Shown here: positions 21,486 to 31,507 of the stretch, one piece after another | Layout: each line of letters begins with the position of its first letter | Numbering within the stretch: the stretch's first letter is position 1 | From: Ruminococcaceae bacterium UBA6413 | Lineage (GTDB): Bacteria > Bacillota > Clostridia > Oscillospirales > Ruminococcaceae | Assembly: GCA_002437415.1 (NCBI GenBank) | Contig: DJPL01000042.1 | Span: 91,752-155,751, forward strand | Reading direction: 5' to 3' | DNA: 64,000 bases | Made by a program: the position numbers and the translations under genes | The notes under the pieces: model-generated | The model's database searches: none | The model's input: only the letters and a program-made list of their open reading frames with translations | Told to the model about the DNA's origin: nothing

Positions 21486-24461
21486 ATGAGAAATAAATTT
21501 ATCAGGTTGATGGCGGGTGCGTTGTCGGCGATTATGCTTTTGTCGCAACTCAGCGCCGTTGCCGAGGAAAGTGCAAATAACGATAGCGCCGCTTCATCGG
21601 CAGAAGCGTCAGAGCAGTCTAATAAGACCACCGCTCAGTCGGCTGTGCCGAAATTTACCCTGTCAGACGAGCTTAAAGCTACTGTGGTAAATCTCGGCGA
21701 CTTTGAGGCGGAGAAGTTCAGCGAAAGTTTTTCGGCAAAGCTGGATACGCTTATAAGCTACGGAATGAACGGTGTATACATAAATCCTTACGGCAAAGAT
21801 GTTTCGTATTTTTCCACAAATATGAACAAGGGCGGAGATCGGCTTGAAAAGGCGCTTGCCATTGCCACAAAAAAGGGGATGCAGAGATTTGTATATTTCG
21901 ATATCAACAGAGCTATGTCTTCCTGCCCCGAGGGCGAGGACAAGTATGACTATCTTGTAAGCGAAGCACATAAATTTACGCTCAGATACAGATGCAACGG
22001 AATTATCCTTACGGGATTTTACGGTTCAAACAGCAACACCGTATATGACGAATATATGAAGAAGGGCTCGGGCATAGGCTATAAGAATTGGCTTTATGAC
22101 AGCGTTGAATACAAGTTCACCACGGTGAGCGATGTTATTCATCTTTCGGATAATTCAATAGCGGTAGGTATTGACGCAAAGGACATATGGGCAAATTCGT
22201 CCCGCAACGAAAGCGGAAGCGACACCTCGGCTAAATATTCCGCATATTATAACGGCTATGCCGATACAAAGTCGTTTGCCGAAAAGGGACTGGCTGACTT
22301 CATCGTTGTAAATGCCTCCGGTTCGCTTGATGATGAAACAGTGGGATTTGATGAGGTTTGCTCGTGGTGGAGCAATGTCGCAAAAACTGCCGATATACCG
22401 CTATATATCGTTCACCATAATGAAAAAATAGGAACAGATGATGCAGGCTGGAACGTTGAAGATCAGCTCCTGAAACAGCTTGCCAAGGCTGACGAGCTTG
22501 ATAATTATTCGGGAAGTGTTTTCTATTCCGAGAAATCGCTTGAAGAAAACCCTATGGGTACTACCGATACGCTGACAAAGTATTTCAATGAGCAGATAAA
22601 CGTTGACAGCCTTTTTGAAGATCTTGAAATGACCTCGCCGTACTACACGAGCTATTCTACAGATGACACATCTGTTGCGTTTATGGGTACGTTTGACGAA
22701 AACTTCGATGTTTATTTTGACGGAGAAAAGCTGTCGCTTAACGAAGCGGGCAACTTCTACTTTGAAAAACAGCTTGAAGTCGGAATGAACACTTTTGTCA
22801 TTACGCACAAGGGCAAGACGATAAACTATAATATAGAGCGAACCATCAACGTACTGAAATCGGTAGGCAGTTCGGTTTCGGAAGGCAAGACGCTGAATGT
22901 TGACGGCGGTACTTCCGTATCGGTTCTGGCGGTCGCTTATAAAGGCTCGTATGCTACGGCTACTCTCGGCGGCACTACGATCGAGCTTACCGAAAACGCA
23001 AAATCAGATGTTGTTGATATCAACTCCTCATATGCCGCATTCACAGGAAAGATCACCGTTCCCGAGGGAATTGTCGATGAAGAGCAGTACCTCGGAAATA
23101 TCGAGATCTCCGCGTCATATGCAGGCTATTCGCGTACATATATCGGTGCAGAGGTAACAGTAAATGCTGTAAAGCTCCCCGAGAAGAATGTTGAGGTCAT
23201 AGATGAGATCCCTGCGGATCAGAGCTCATTCGGCGACTCGGAGGTTGTCGGCAAGCTTTCTCCCGCTGTTTCTGAGGACACGGAGGTCACATATGTAAAG
23301 CTCAACAAAAACTTTGCTTATATCTATGACGGTAACAATACCGATTCTGTAAATCCCCCCAATGTCGGACAGCTTCCCGAGGGTACGCTCGACTATTATA
23401 AGAGCGAGTGGGATGAATATTATGTAACAAGTTCGGGCAAGCGTTTCCTTAAGGAAGACGCAGATCTTGTGAGCGGTGTCGGAATGGGCGAAAATCCGCT
23501 TGTTGTCAAGGCAATAGGAAACTCGGGCGGCGACTCATTTATACAGATGTCGCTTGAAGACCGCGCATCGTTTACCGTTACGCCGATCGGTAATGAATAT
23601 TATACAGGCGTAGACGGCGACTTTAATCTTGATGAATTTACCGCAGAATACATATACATAACATTCGATAACGTAACATCGGTAACATCGCTTCCCGATT
23701 TCGAAAATTGCACGGTATTCAGTGCGGGTGAATGGAAGCAGGTCGAAGTAGACGGCGTTATGAAGTTCAGACTTGTGCTCAAGCTCCGCCAGCCCGGCGT
23801 ATACGCGGGAAACAGCGCAACATACAATTCTGACGGCGATCTTATGTTCAAGTTTGAGATACTCACAAACGATATCACAAATATGACTATAGTTATCGAT
23901 CCCGGACACGGTGTATCGGAATACGGCTACGATGACCCCGGCGCTATAGGTCATATTGAAGAAGCGGGCGCTAACCTTGCAGTAGCAAAGCTTGTTGAAT
24001 CAAAGCTCCAAGCGCTCGGTGTCAATGTTGTAAGGCTCAATACCGAGTCGGAATTCTACGATACTATGAGAAGACCGTATTATGCGCGTGATTACGGCTG
24101 TGACCTTTATATAGCAATTCATTCCAACAAGGCAGGCTCAGAGGACGCAAGAGGTACGGAATGCTATTACTACACATCGTATTCTGAGCCGCTTGCAAAA
24201 GCGCTTACCAATCACGTTTCGTCCTATTTCAGCAACAGTGTATATTCTGACGGAGCTGACTGCAACAGAGGCGATCAGTACAGCTATATGTGGACTACCA
24301 AGCAGCAGGATTTCCCGTCGGTACTTATAGAAATGGGCTTTGTAAGCAATTATGAAGACGCAATGGCGCTTGCAAGCGATACCCATCAGGAGGGAATTGC
24401 ACAGGCGATAGTTGACGGAATACAGGAATATGTTACAAGAAGCGGAGTTTCTTCTTACTGA
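21486..24461 (+). CDS. Secreted N-acetylmuramoyl-L-alanine amidase (Amidase_3) with degenerate GHL10-like N-terminal domain
   Basis: Signal peptide; C-terminal IVIDPGHG, IAIHSN, LIEMGF; N-terminal region shows motif echoes of the upstream GHL10 protein. Confidence 0.85.
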   Translation: MRNKFIRLMAGALSAIMLLSQLSAVAEESANNDSAASSAEASEQSNKTTAQSAVPKFTLSDELKATVVNLGDFEAEKFSESFSAKLDTLISYGMNGVYINPYGKDVSYFSTNMNKGGDRLEKALAIATKKGMQRFVYFDINRAMSSCPEGEDKYDYLVSEAHKFTLRYRCNGIILTGFYGSNSNTVYDEYMKKGSGIGYKNWLYDSVEYKFTTVSDVIHLSDNSIAVGIDAKDIWANSSRNESGSDTSAKYSAYYNGYADTKSFAEKGLADFIVVNASGSLDDETVGFDEVCSWWSNVAKTADIPLYIVHHNEKIGTDDAGWNVEDQLLKQLAKADELDNYSGSVFYSEKSLEENPMGTTDTLTKYFNEQINVDSLFEDLEMTSPYYTSYSTDDTSVAFMGTFDENFDVYFDGEKLSLNEAGNFYFEKQLEVGMNTFVITHKGKTINYNIERTINVLKSVGSSVSEGKTLNVDGGTSVSVLAVAYKGSYATATLGGTTIELTENAKSDVVDINSSYAAFTGKITVPEGIVDEEQYLGNIEISASYAGYSRTYIGAEVTVNAVKLPEKNVEVIDEIPADQSSFGDSEVVGKLSPAVSEDTEVTYVKLNKNFAYIYDGNNTDSVNPPNVGQLPEGTLDYYKSEWDEYYVTSSGKRFLKEDADLVSGVGMGENPLVVKAIGNSGGDSFIQMSLEDRASFTVTPIGNEYYTGVDGDFNLDEFTAEYIYITFDNVTSVTSLPDFENCTVFSAGEWKQVEVDGVMKFRLVLKLRQPGVYAGNSATYNSDGDLMFKFEILTNDITNMTIVIDPGHGVSEYGYDDPGAIGHIEEAGANLAVAKLVESKLQALGVNVVRLNTESEFYDTMRRPYYARDYGCDLYIAIHSNKAGSEDARGTECYYYTSYSEPLAKALTNHVSSYFSNSVYSDGADCNRGDQYSYMWTTKQQDFPSVLIEMGFVSNYEDAMALASDTHQEGIAQAIVDGIQEYVTRSGVSSY

Positions 24462-24468
24462 TGATCGC

Positions 24469-24501
24469 AAATGCGGCGGGCGGTATGCCTGCCGCATTTT
24501 T
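24469..24501 (+). terminator. Rho-independent terminator
   Basis: AAATGCGGCGGGC / GCCTGCCGCATTTTT. Confidence 0.8.
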
Positions 24502-24542
24502 GTATGTGCAGTGTCTTTTTTATGAAAGAAATAAAAAAATAC

Positions 24543-24571
24543 TTGCAATTTCCGTGCACTTTTGCTATAAT
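24543..24571 (+). promoter_or_regulatory. sigma-A promoter of purA
   Basis: TTGCAA-17bp-TATAAT with extended -10 TG. Confidence 0.65.
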
Positions 24572-24616
24572 GTTAATGTGCTATGCAAAGGGCTGTCACG
24601 CCCGATGTAAATATAA

Positions 24617-25921
<1,305 letters not shown>

Positions 25922-25943
25922 CAAAACTGTAGGACGTGTTTGA

Positions 25944-26708
25944 TTGAATATCCTTTTTATCGGAGATGTTGTAGGGCAAAGGTCCTGTGCAAATCTCAGA
26001 GAAAAATTACCTTTGATCAAAAGAGAATATAACATTGACACTGTGATCGTAAACGGTGAGAATTCCGCAGACGGCAACGGTATAACTCCCGTTACCGCAA
26101 AATATCTTCTCGACAGCGGGGCAGATTGTGTAACAACCGGCAACCACTGCTTCAGAAGAAAGGAAATGGACGCTTTTTACGAAACATCGGACATAGTGAT
26201 CCGACCCGCGAATTTTCCCGATGAAGTAGTCGGAAAAGGGTATGCGATACTCGACCGCGGAAGATACTCGATATGTGTTATAAATCTTATGGGTGTTGTG
26301 TTTATGCAGAACCTTGAAAATCCCTTTCACTGCATTGACAGAATACTGAGTGATATCAAATCAAAGGTAATAATCGTAGACTTCCACGCGGAAGCTACCT
26401 CGGAGAAAAGGGCGCTCGGTCACTATCTTACCGGCAGGGTCTCCGCCGTGCTCGGTACTCACACACACGTTCAGACAGCAGATGAGGAGATACTCGGCGG
26501 TCACACCGGATATATCACGGATGTAGGTATGACAGGTGTCACCGATTCGGTTCTCGGCATCAAAAAAGAGATCATAATAAATAATATGATAACGGGATAT
26601 CCGCAAAGGTATGAATATGCAGAGGGCAGATATTATATCTGCGGCGCGGTTATTTCAGTCGATGAGAAAACAGGTATCTGTACCTCTATAAAGAGGATCA
26701 GATACTGA
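25944..26708 (+). CDS. ymdB: YmdB / TIGR00282 metallophosphoesterase
   Basis: GDVVG, NGEN, TTGNH, DFHAEATSEK, GTHTHVQT, DVGMTG. Confidence 0.93.
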   Translation: MNILFIGDVVGQRSCANLREKLPLIKREYNIDTVIVNGENSADGNGITPVTAKYLLDSGADCVTTGNHCFRRKEMDAFYETSDIVIRPANFPDEVVGKGYAILDRGRYSICVINLMGVVFMQNLENPFHCIDRILSDIKSKVIIVDFHAEATSEKRALGHYLTGRVSAVLGTHTHVQTADEEILGGHTGYITDVGMTGVTDSVLGIKKEIIINNMITGYPQRYEYAEGRYYICGAVISVDEKTGICTSIKRIRY

Positions 26709-26732
26709 ATATAAATTACCGGGAGGTTTAAA

Positions 26733-26993
26733 ATGGAAGTAGTAAAAGTTTCAGCAAAATCCGTACCTAAGTCGGTTGCAGGCGCGATAGCAGCAGTTAT
26801 CCGTGAGAACGGTGAAGTTGAAGTTCAGGCTGTTGGCGCAGGCGCTTCTAATCAGGCAGTAAAAGCTATAGCAATTTCAAGAAGCTACATGGCTCTGTCC
26901 GGCGTGGATCTTGTGTGCATTCCTGCTTTCACTACCGTAAGCATTGACGGCGAGGAACGCACAGCAATGAAGTTTATCGTTGAATGCCGATAA
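26733..26993 (+). CDS. spoVS: Stage V sporulation protein S
   Basis: KVSAKSVPKSVAGAIA, NQAVKAIAI, GEERTAMKF. Confidence 0.95.
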   Translation: MEVVKVSAKSVPKSVAGAIAAVIRENGEVEVQAVGAGASNQAVKAIAISRSYMALSGVDLVCIPAFTTVSIDGEERTAMKFIVECR

Positions 26994-27043
26994 GCTTGTA
27001 TTTATGGTAATTTAAGAGGAGAATTGTTCCGGCAGTTCCGGCA

Positions 27044-27079
27044 CCGCTCTGACGTTTTGTTGTCAGGGCGGATTTTTTT
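27044..27079 (+). terminator. Rho-independent terminator
   Basis: CCGCTCTGACG / TGTCAGGGCGG followed by T tract. Confidence 0.8.
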
Positions 27080-27132
27080 GTATATATGCTCGTTGCAGGC
27101 AGATTATATCAATATAGAAAACGGAGGTATAT

Positions 27133-27663
27133 ATGACAGACATTATAATTATCGACCGTCACGAAGAATTGTCACTGCTTGCGACTGAAGCATTATCGCG
27201 TTCGTTTGAAATACGCTTTTGCGCCGACAGATCGCTTTATAAAGCGGGAATAGGCGAAACGCTCAACATATGGAGAACCGACAGGCTGAACGGACTGGTA
27301 ACGGAAAACTGCGTGATTATTCTGGGCGAAAGCTGTGTTTCAGTGCCCCGGATAATACCCGACAACGCCGTTATAATCGCAAACGCATTGAATAAAGAGC
27401 AAATGTCGGCGTTGTCGCGTGTCACAGGAAATGTGTTCACCTGCGGAAATCTTATCAAGGATACGGTATCATATACGAGCGTCACCGATGATACTGTAAC
27501 GGTTTCATTCGGCAGGACTTTTTCGACATTATCCGGCAGAGAAGTACAGCCGTTTGAAATGCCGGTTTACCGCCGTAACGACGAGAGTGTGTATTCCGTG
27601 CTGGCTGTCACGGCTCTGCGGGTACTTCTGGACGAGTCGGGAGATATAAATACGGACTTTTGA
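27133..27663 (+). CDS. Hypothetical protein
   Basis: GGAGG SD; 176-aa ORF; no family recognised with confidence. Confidence 0.7.
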   Translation: MTDIIIIDRHEELSLLATEALSRSFEIRFCADRSLYKAGIGETLNIWRTDRLNGLVTENCVIILGESCVSVPRIIPDNAVIIANALNKEQMSALSRVTGNVFTCGNLIKDTVSYTSVTDDTVTVSFGRTFSTLSGREVQPFEMPVYRRNDESVYSVLAVTALRVLLDESGDINTDF

Positions 27664-27692
27664 CCGATGGATATAAAATGTATCCGATAGAC

Positions 27693-27721
27693 TTGTATTT
27701 TTTCCGCGTCTGGTGTATAAT
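27693..27721 (+). promoter_or_regulatory. sigma-A promoter of the asp23-nusB operon
   Basis: TTGTAT-17bp-TATAAT. Confidence 0.6.
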
Positions 27722-27822
27722 GTATATAATAGCATTATAGTAGTGTAGTGTGCCCTTTGGCACAATTGCAATTATAACTTGTATCGCAGTGCTTGGTTGC
27801 TTGCGGGAAAGGCAGTATAAGT

Positions 27823-28194
27823 ATGAATAAAAAGGTAAATCGTACAGGTGCAAGCCTGAGAATATCAAATGACGTACTCACAAAAATAGCAGAGGTTGCC
27901 GCTACCGAGATCAAGGGAGTTGCCTCCGAGGGTGAGCATCTTGTAGTAAGTGACAAGAATATGGCTCAGATCACCGGCAAGCTGATGACACCTACTCCTG
28001 TCAAGGCAGTGCTTAAGAATGATGCTGTTGAAGTAACGCTGAATATCGTTGTGCTCCAGGGCTTTAAGGCTGAGAACGTTGCACAGTCGGTTCAGGAAAG
28101 CGTCAAGTCGGCTATTCAGAATATGGCAGGCATTTCCGTATCAAAGGTAAATGTAAAGATCGCCGATATTATGCTTTCTAAATCAGCTGAATAA
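27823..28194 (+). CDS. Asp23/Gls24 family protein (YqhY-like)
   Basis: LRISNDVLTKIAEVAATEIKGV, VQESVKSAIQNMAG..VNV; upstream of nusB. Confidence 0.88.
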   Translation: MNKKVNRTGASLRISNDVLTKIAEVAATEIKGVASEGEHLVVSDKNMAQITGKLMTPTPVKAVLKNDAVEVTLNIVVLQGFKAENVAQSVQESVKSAIQNMAGISVSKVNVKIADIMLSKSAE

Positions 28195-28213
28195 ATAAAG
28201 GAAATTAAATTAA

Positions 28214-28648
28214 ATGGCAGAAAGAAAACTTACACGTCACGAAATGAGAGAAGCGGCATTGCTGATTCTCTTCCAGAGAAAGCTCAACCCCGAAACTCTT
28301 GATGAACTTCTTGAGGATTGCAAGGAGTCGTTTGAGCTTGAATATAACTCGCAGTCTGTAAAGCTTGCAAACGGTGTTGAAGAGCACGAAGATGAGCTGA
28401 ACAAAATTATCGAAGGCTATTCACCATCAAGAAAGCTTGACAGGATCTCCTACATAAACCTTGCTATTATGAAGATAGCTATTTATGAGATGAAATACTG
28501 TCCGTCGGTACCCGACAAGGTTGCAATCAACGAAGCGATAGAATTTGCAAAGGAATATACAGACAAGGCGGATGTACGCTTTATAAACGGCGTGCTCAAT
28601 TCTTACTATAAGGACAGCCTTAACAACAAGGAACAGCCTGATGCCTGA
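28214..28648 (+). CDS. nusB: Transcription antitermination factor NusB
   Basis: REAALLILFQ, VAINEAIEFAK, FINGVL. Confidence 0.95.
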   Translation: MAERKLTRHEMREAALLILFQRKLNPETLDELLEDCKESFELEYNSQSVKLANGVEEHEDELNKIIEGYSPSRKLDRISYINLAIMKIAIYEMKYCPSVPDKVAINEAIEFAKEYTDKADVRFINGVLNSYYKDSLNNKEQPDA

Positions 28649-29861
28649 ATTTTTTACCGTAACCGTTTCACAGGTCACAAGACGGCTTTCGATGCTTGTA
28701 AAAGGCGATAAAGCGCTGTCCGATGTCTATGTCGCAGGTGAAATATCAAATTTTACCCTCCACAAAGCGTCCGGTCATATGTATTTCACGCTGAAAGACG
28801 AAACATCATCGATAAAGTGTGTTATGTTCGCGGGGAAAGCCGCAGGGCTTACATTTATGCCGTACAGCGGTCAGAGCGTAATTGTCCGCGGCAGTGTAAA
28901 TGTATATGAGCGTGACGGTGCAAATCAGATATATGTAAGCGAGATTATCGAAAAGGGTCAGGGTGAGCTTGCGCTCGCTTTTGAAAAAGCGAAGCGGGAG
29001 CTTGAAGCCGGCGGATATTTTGACAGAAAGCGTCCGATACCGAAGCAACCGCGCAAGGTCTGCCTTATAACTGCAGAAAAGGGCGCGGCGCTTCAGGATA
29101 TGCTGAATATTATAGCAAGACGCAGACCGATACTTGAAGTAGTGCTTATCCCTGTCACCGTACAGGGTGTTTATGCGCCCGCAACGCTGATAAACGGCAT
29201 TGCGGCGGCACAGACGACAGGTGCCGACCTTATCATAATCGGCAGGGGCGGCGGTTCTGCGGAAGATCTGTCGTGCTTTAACGATATCGCGTACGCCAAG
29301 GCGCTTTATAACAGCGAGATACCGACTATATCGGCAGTAGGACACGAAACGGATTTTACTATATCGGATTTTGTGGCGGATATGCGCGCACCGACACCGT
29401 CGGCGGCGGCAGAAATCGCAACATCGGTTACCTGTGATGACCTCAGTGAGCATATAGAGCTGACATATGACAAGCTGAGCGATACGGTACACTCACAAAT
29501 CGAGGGCTATGAACAGCTGATAGACGGCTATCAGAGGCATATATCGGCGTACAGTCCGATAAACCGTCTTGAACGTTCACAAAGAGAGCTTGAACTGCTT
29601 GACGGTAAAGTGAAAACAGCGATAAACGCAACAATTCACCGCAATGAGGTACTTGTTGAAGGATATACGGACAAGATAGAAGCACTGAGCCCTGTAAATG
29701 TACTCAGGCGCGGCTACAGTGCCGTTACCAAAAACGGAAAAGCGGTAAACAGCATTGATGATATATCTGTCGGCGGCACTGTAGAGATACTGGTGTCGGA
29801 CGGCACTGCAAAGGCAACAATAACAGAAATTGAACAAAGCAACGAGGTGCATATTAAATGA
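28641..29861 (+). CDS. xseA: Exodeoxyribonuclease VII large subunit
   Basis: GEISNF, SGHMYFTLKD, GRGGGSAEDL, VGHETDFTISDFVAD.RAPTPS. Confidence 0.96.
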   Translation: MPEFFTVTVSQVTRRLSMLVKGDKALSDVYVAGEISNFTLHKASGHMYFTLKDETSSIKCVMFAGKAAGLTFMPYSGQSVIVRGSVNVYERDGANQIYVSEIIEKGQGELALAFEKAKRELEAGGYFDRKRPIPKQPRKVCLITAEKGAALQDMLNIIARRRPILEVVLIPVTVQGVYAPATLINGIAAAQTTGADLIIIGRGGGSAEDLSCFNDIAYAKALYNSEIPTISAVGHETDFTISDFVADMRAPTPSAAAEIATSVTCDDLSEHIELTYDKLSDTVHSQIEGYEQLIDGYQRHISAYSPINRLERSQRELELLDGKVKTAINATIHRNEVLVEGYTDKIEALSPVNVLRRGYSAVTKNGKAVNSIDDISVGGTVEILVSDGTAKATITEIEQSNEVHIK

Positions 29862-30034
29862 GCTTTGAAACAGCTATGAAAAGACTTGATGAGATATCGG
29901 TGCAGATGGAACAGCCCGATATCACGCTTGATAACTCAATGAAATGCTATAAGGAGGCGGTTGAGCTTATCGCGTTCTGCCGCAAATATATAGACGAAGC
30001 CAAGCTTACCGTACAGAAGCTGGAAGAGGCATAA
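29858..30034 (+). CDS. xseB: Exodeoxyribonuclease VII small subunit (58 aa; missing from ORF track)
   Basis: Translated by hand: MSFETAMKRLDEISVQMEQPDITLDNSMKCYKEAVELIAFCRKYIDEAKLTVQKLEEA; ATGA overlap with xseA; GAGGTG SD. Confidence 0.93.
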   Translation: MSFETAMKRLDEISVQMEQPDITLDNSMKCYKEAVELIAFCRKYIDEAKLTVQKLEEA

Positions 30035-30035
30035 T

Positions 30036-30944
30036 ATGCAGATGAACCTGATAGGCACTCCCGGAAACAAAGAGGAGTTTGACGCTATGTTCAAGGCATA
30101 CCGCGAATACTTTGAGCAACAGCTTAAAGCTGTGTGTGACGCTTTCTGCGACAGCGGTGCAAAATACAAGGCACTTTACGATGCGGCGGCGTACAGTCTG
30201 GAAGCGGGCGGCAAGCGTATAAGACCGGTTCTTGCGTTTGAGCTGTGCCGCGTATGCGGAGGAAATCCGTCAGACGCGCTTCCTGCGGCAATTGCCATTG
30301 AAATGATACACACGTTTTCTCTTATACACGATGATCTGCCGTGTATGGATAATGACGATATGAGAAGAGGCAGACCGAGCTGTCACAAGGCTCACGGCGA
30401 GGCTGTGGCACTTCTTGCAGGCGACGGGCTTACAGCGTATGCGGGAAAAATCATATGCGACAGCGGTCTTTCGGCTGATAAAAAAGCCGCTATGATACAG
30501 GTGCTTTACGACAGGACTATCGGTATGATAGAGGGGCAGACAATCGATATAGACGGCAACTTTGATACGCTTGACGGACTTCTTTCAATGTACGAGATGA
30601 AGACCTCTGAGCTGCTGACAGCCGCCTGTGTTATGGGCTGTATTGCGGCGGGAGCGGATAAGGAAAAGATATCTGCCGCAACGGCATACGCCCATGACCT
30701 CGGGCTTGCTTTTCAGATAGTGGACGATATACTTGATGTTACATCGACCGCAGAAGAGCTCGGAAAGCCTATCGGAAGCGATGAAGAGCAGAACAAGACT
30801 ACAAGCGTCACCCTGCTCGGGCTTGACAAAGCAAGAGAGCTTGCCGAAAAGTATACCCACGGTGCGGAGAATGCGCTTACTGCGTTTGATGATACCGTAT
30901 TTCTTAACAAACTGACGGATCTGCTTTTAAGCAGAAAGAAATGA
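30036..30944 (+). CDS. ispA: Polyprenyl (farnesyl diphosphate) synthase
   Basis: GGKRIRP, SLIHDDLPCMD..RRG, FQIVDDILD; true start may be ATG 30087. Confidence 0.93.
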   Translation: MQMNLIGTPGNKEEFDAMFKAYREYFEQQLKAVCDAFCDSGAKYKALYDAAAYSLEAGGKRIRPVLAFELCRVCGGNPSDALPAAIAIEMIHTFSLIHDDLPCMDNDDMRRGRPSCHKAHGEAVALLAGDGLTAYAGKIICDSGLSADKKAAMIQVLYDRTIGMIEGQTIDIDGNFDTLDGLLSMYEMKTSELLTAACVMGCIAAGADKEKISAATAYAHDLGLAFQIVDDILDVTSTAEELGKPIGSDEEQNKTTSVTLLGLDKARELAEKYTHGAENALTAFDDTVFLNKLTDLLLSRKK

Positions 30945-30978
30945 TGAGGGTAGTTATACCCTGAGGAGTTCAATATAA

Positions 30979-31482
30979 ATGAGAACTGATCAGATAAATG
31001 TAATTCTACTTATTGCGCTGATTAGCTGGGGCACGGCGCAGATAATAAAAACGATCATACATTTTATCAAGACAAAAAGCTTTAAGGCTGAGCGTCTTAC
31101 CGGTGCGGGCGGAATGCCGTCTGCGCACTCGGCTACAGTATGCGCTACAGCAATAACAACTTGCAGAGTATGCGGAATATGCTCCGCTGAGTTTGCACTT
31201 GCTATGATACTTGCAATGGTAGTTATGTATGACGCTATGGGTGTCAGACGCTCAGCGGGTCTTCAGGCAAAGGAAATAAACAGGCTGAGGCGCGTAGTAA
31301 ACGAGCTTGACGAAGAGTTTATGGATAAATTCGATGATAAGGTCGATGAGATAGAAGAAAAGAAGCCCGAAGAGATACACGAGCTCAAGGAGTTTCTCGG
31401 ACACACTCCGCTTGAGGTGCTTTGCGGTGCATTGCTCGGAATACTTATAGCTATGGCTGTACCGATACAGGTAGTAGGCTGA
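30979..31482 (+). CDS. Divergent PAP2 family membrane protein (DUF212)
   Basis: GGMPSAHSA, VMYDAMGVRR, LGHTPLEV. Confidence 0.9.
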   Translation: MRTDQINVILLIALISWGTAQIIKTIIHFIKTKSFKAERLTGAGGMPSAHSATVCATAITTCRVCGICSAEFALAMILAMVVMYDAMGVRRSAGLQAKEINRLRRVVNELDEEFMDKFDDKVDEIEEKKPEEIHELKEFLGHTPLEVLCGALLGILIAMAVPIQVVG

Positions 31483-31507
31483 TAATACATCAATCAGGTG
31501 AATTAAA

